Source: Folioceros fuciformis (taxonomy: Eukaryota). From it: 62,634 nucleotides of DNA. The notes under the pieces were generated by a model, which saw only the letters and a program-made list of their open reading frames with translations, was not told where the DNA came from and searched no databases. The translations under genes were made by a program, and so were the position numbers. The first letter of the stretch is position 1. Each line of letters begins with the position of its first letter. The stretch lies in NCBI GenBank assembly GCA_049999805.1, contig JBNGIO010006249.1, forward strand, positions 464,796-527,429, read 5' to 3'. Of this stretch, positions 61,820 to 62,634 are shown in pieces.

Positions 61820-62017
61820 TGTTGAAAGTATTTTATGACATTTAAATACTATACATTATCAACATTGTTATTTAGTTAGGTTACATAGTTTGTTTGGTTG
61901 TTTTAACGGTTATGGGAGTTGCATGCTTTATGAGCGTTTTTGTATCAATCACTATGAAATGAATGTGTGTGCTTTTGAAAATCATGTTTGTGTGCAAGCA
62001 TTGAAAGAATGTGAACA
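61820..62017. mobile_element. 198-bp solo LTR (TG...CA) with 5-bp target-site duplication
   Basis: Starts TGTT and ends AACA, flanked by ATCTT at 61815-61819 and 62018-62022. Removing it restores the RT codons H-L-A-P-H-Q-F-G. Confidence 0.85.
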
Positions 62018-62634
62018 ATCTTGCACCCCACCAATTTGGGATTGCTACCCATGTGGGTGTGAATCTGCCATTCTCGGCATCCAGGCAGCCCTTAAGTTAT
62101 CCTCACTGGGTAGCTTTGCAGGTTGATATTGAGAATGGTTTCAACATCGTTTCTAGGGTCGCCATCTTCTCGGAGCTTAAGAGTGCAGGAGGTCATTTGG
62201 CAATTCTTATCCTTTTTATTCACTCCTTCTATGGCTCGCCATCCAAGCTCTACTACCAACACGGCCCGACTATTGAGAGGGTCTCAATTTTTTATTCAAC
62301 AATAGGCACAAGGCAAGGGGATCCGCTGGGGGTGCTCTTTTTGCAATGGAGCATTTTCGTGCGTTGTCCTCTATTGCCTTAGCATTTTGGGAAAGCCTTT
62401 TCCCTTCGGTGGCTGATGACACTCATATTCTTGGGCAAGGAGTCACAGTCAAGGCAGCATTTGATTTCTTCTCATCAGAGCTCTCCAAGGTGGGGTTGCG
62501 GGTCAAGCTATCTAAATTCAAGTTGGTCCCCTTCAAGCATCACTCCCCCCCTTCAATATTTGGAGGGGATATCTCCCCCTTGTAGGGACTTCGAGTCTTG
62601 GGTGTGCCTACGGGACCTTGTCGCGCAGCAGCCG

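Larger units (their letters stand above)
61030..62634 (+). mobile_element. Decayed non-LTR retrotransposon reverse transcriptase (CRE/SLACS-like), running off the window end
   Basis: GEYARAARAL, KPTSGVRPIVVGEVF, HLAPHQFGI, LQVDIENGFN, GTRQGDPLG and ADDTHI in frameshifted pieces. Confidence 0.85.

Overview
Gene-dense eukaryotic nuclear DNA from a non-seed land plant. It is most likely a hornwort such as Anthoceros; this is inferred from the short (~70-230 nt) GT-AG introns, tight gene spacing and LL-type PPR motifs. About 20 protein genes can be read: METTL23-like, ZPR1, EDA30-like O-fucosyltransferase, acetyl-CoA synthetase, a Kir channel, DUF1348, a PLS-PPR, DnaJ, a PGM-like phosphatase, a Pro-rich wall protein, MetRS, RH10/DDX47, PRXL2A-like, Sec61-gamma, EMC4, SCD1, PDS, PPO1, cpTatC and an NFKBIL1-like gene. 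There is also a decayed PIF/Harbinger transposon, a decayed non-LTR retroelement carrying a nested solo LTR, two probable pseudogenes and a 100-N gap. Two features are missed by the ORF track and emerge only after manual splicing. (1) A 15-exon, eukaryote-type inward-rectifier K+ channel (TIGYG filter plus Kir cytoplasmic domain), a family not known from flowering plants. (2) A PLS/LL-class E+ PPR editing-type protein whose upstream exons add an OSB-type 'PDF' ssDNA-binding motif; it sits head-to-head with an intronless, bacterial/fungal-like DUF1348 gene. All gene models and family calls were made by eye and have not been checked against databases or transcripts.
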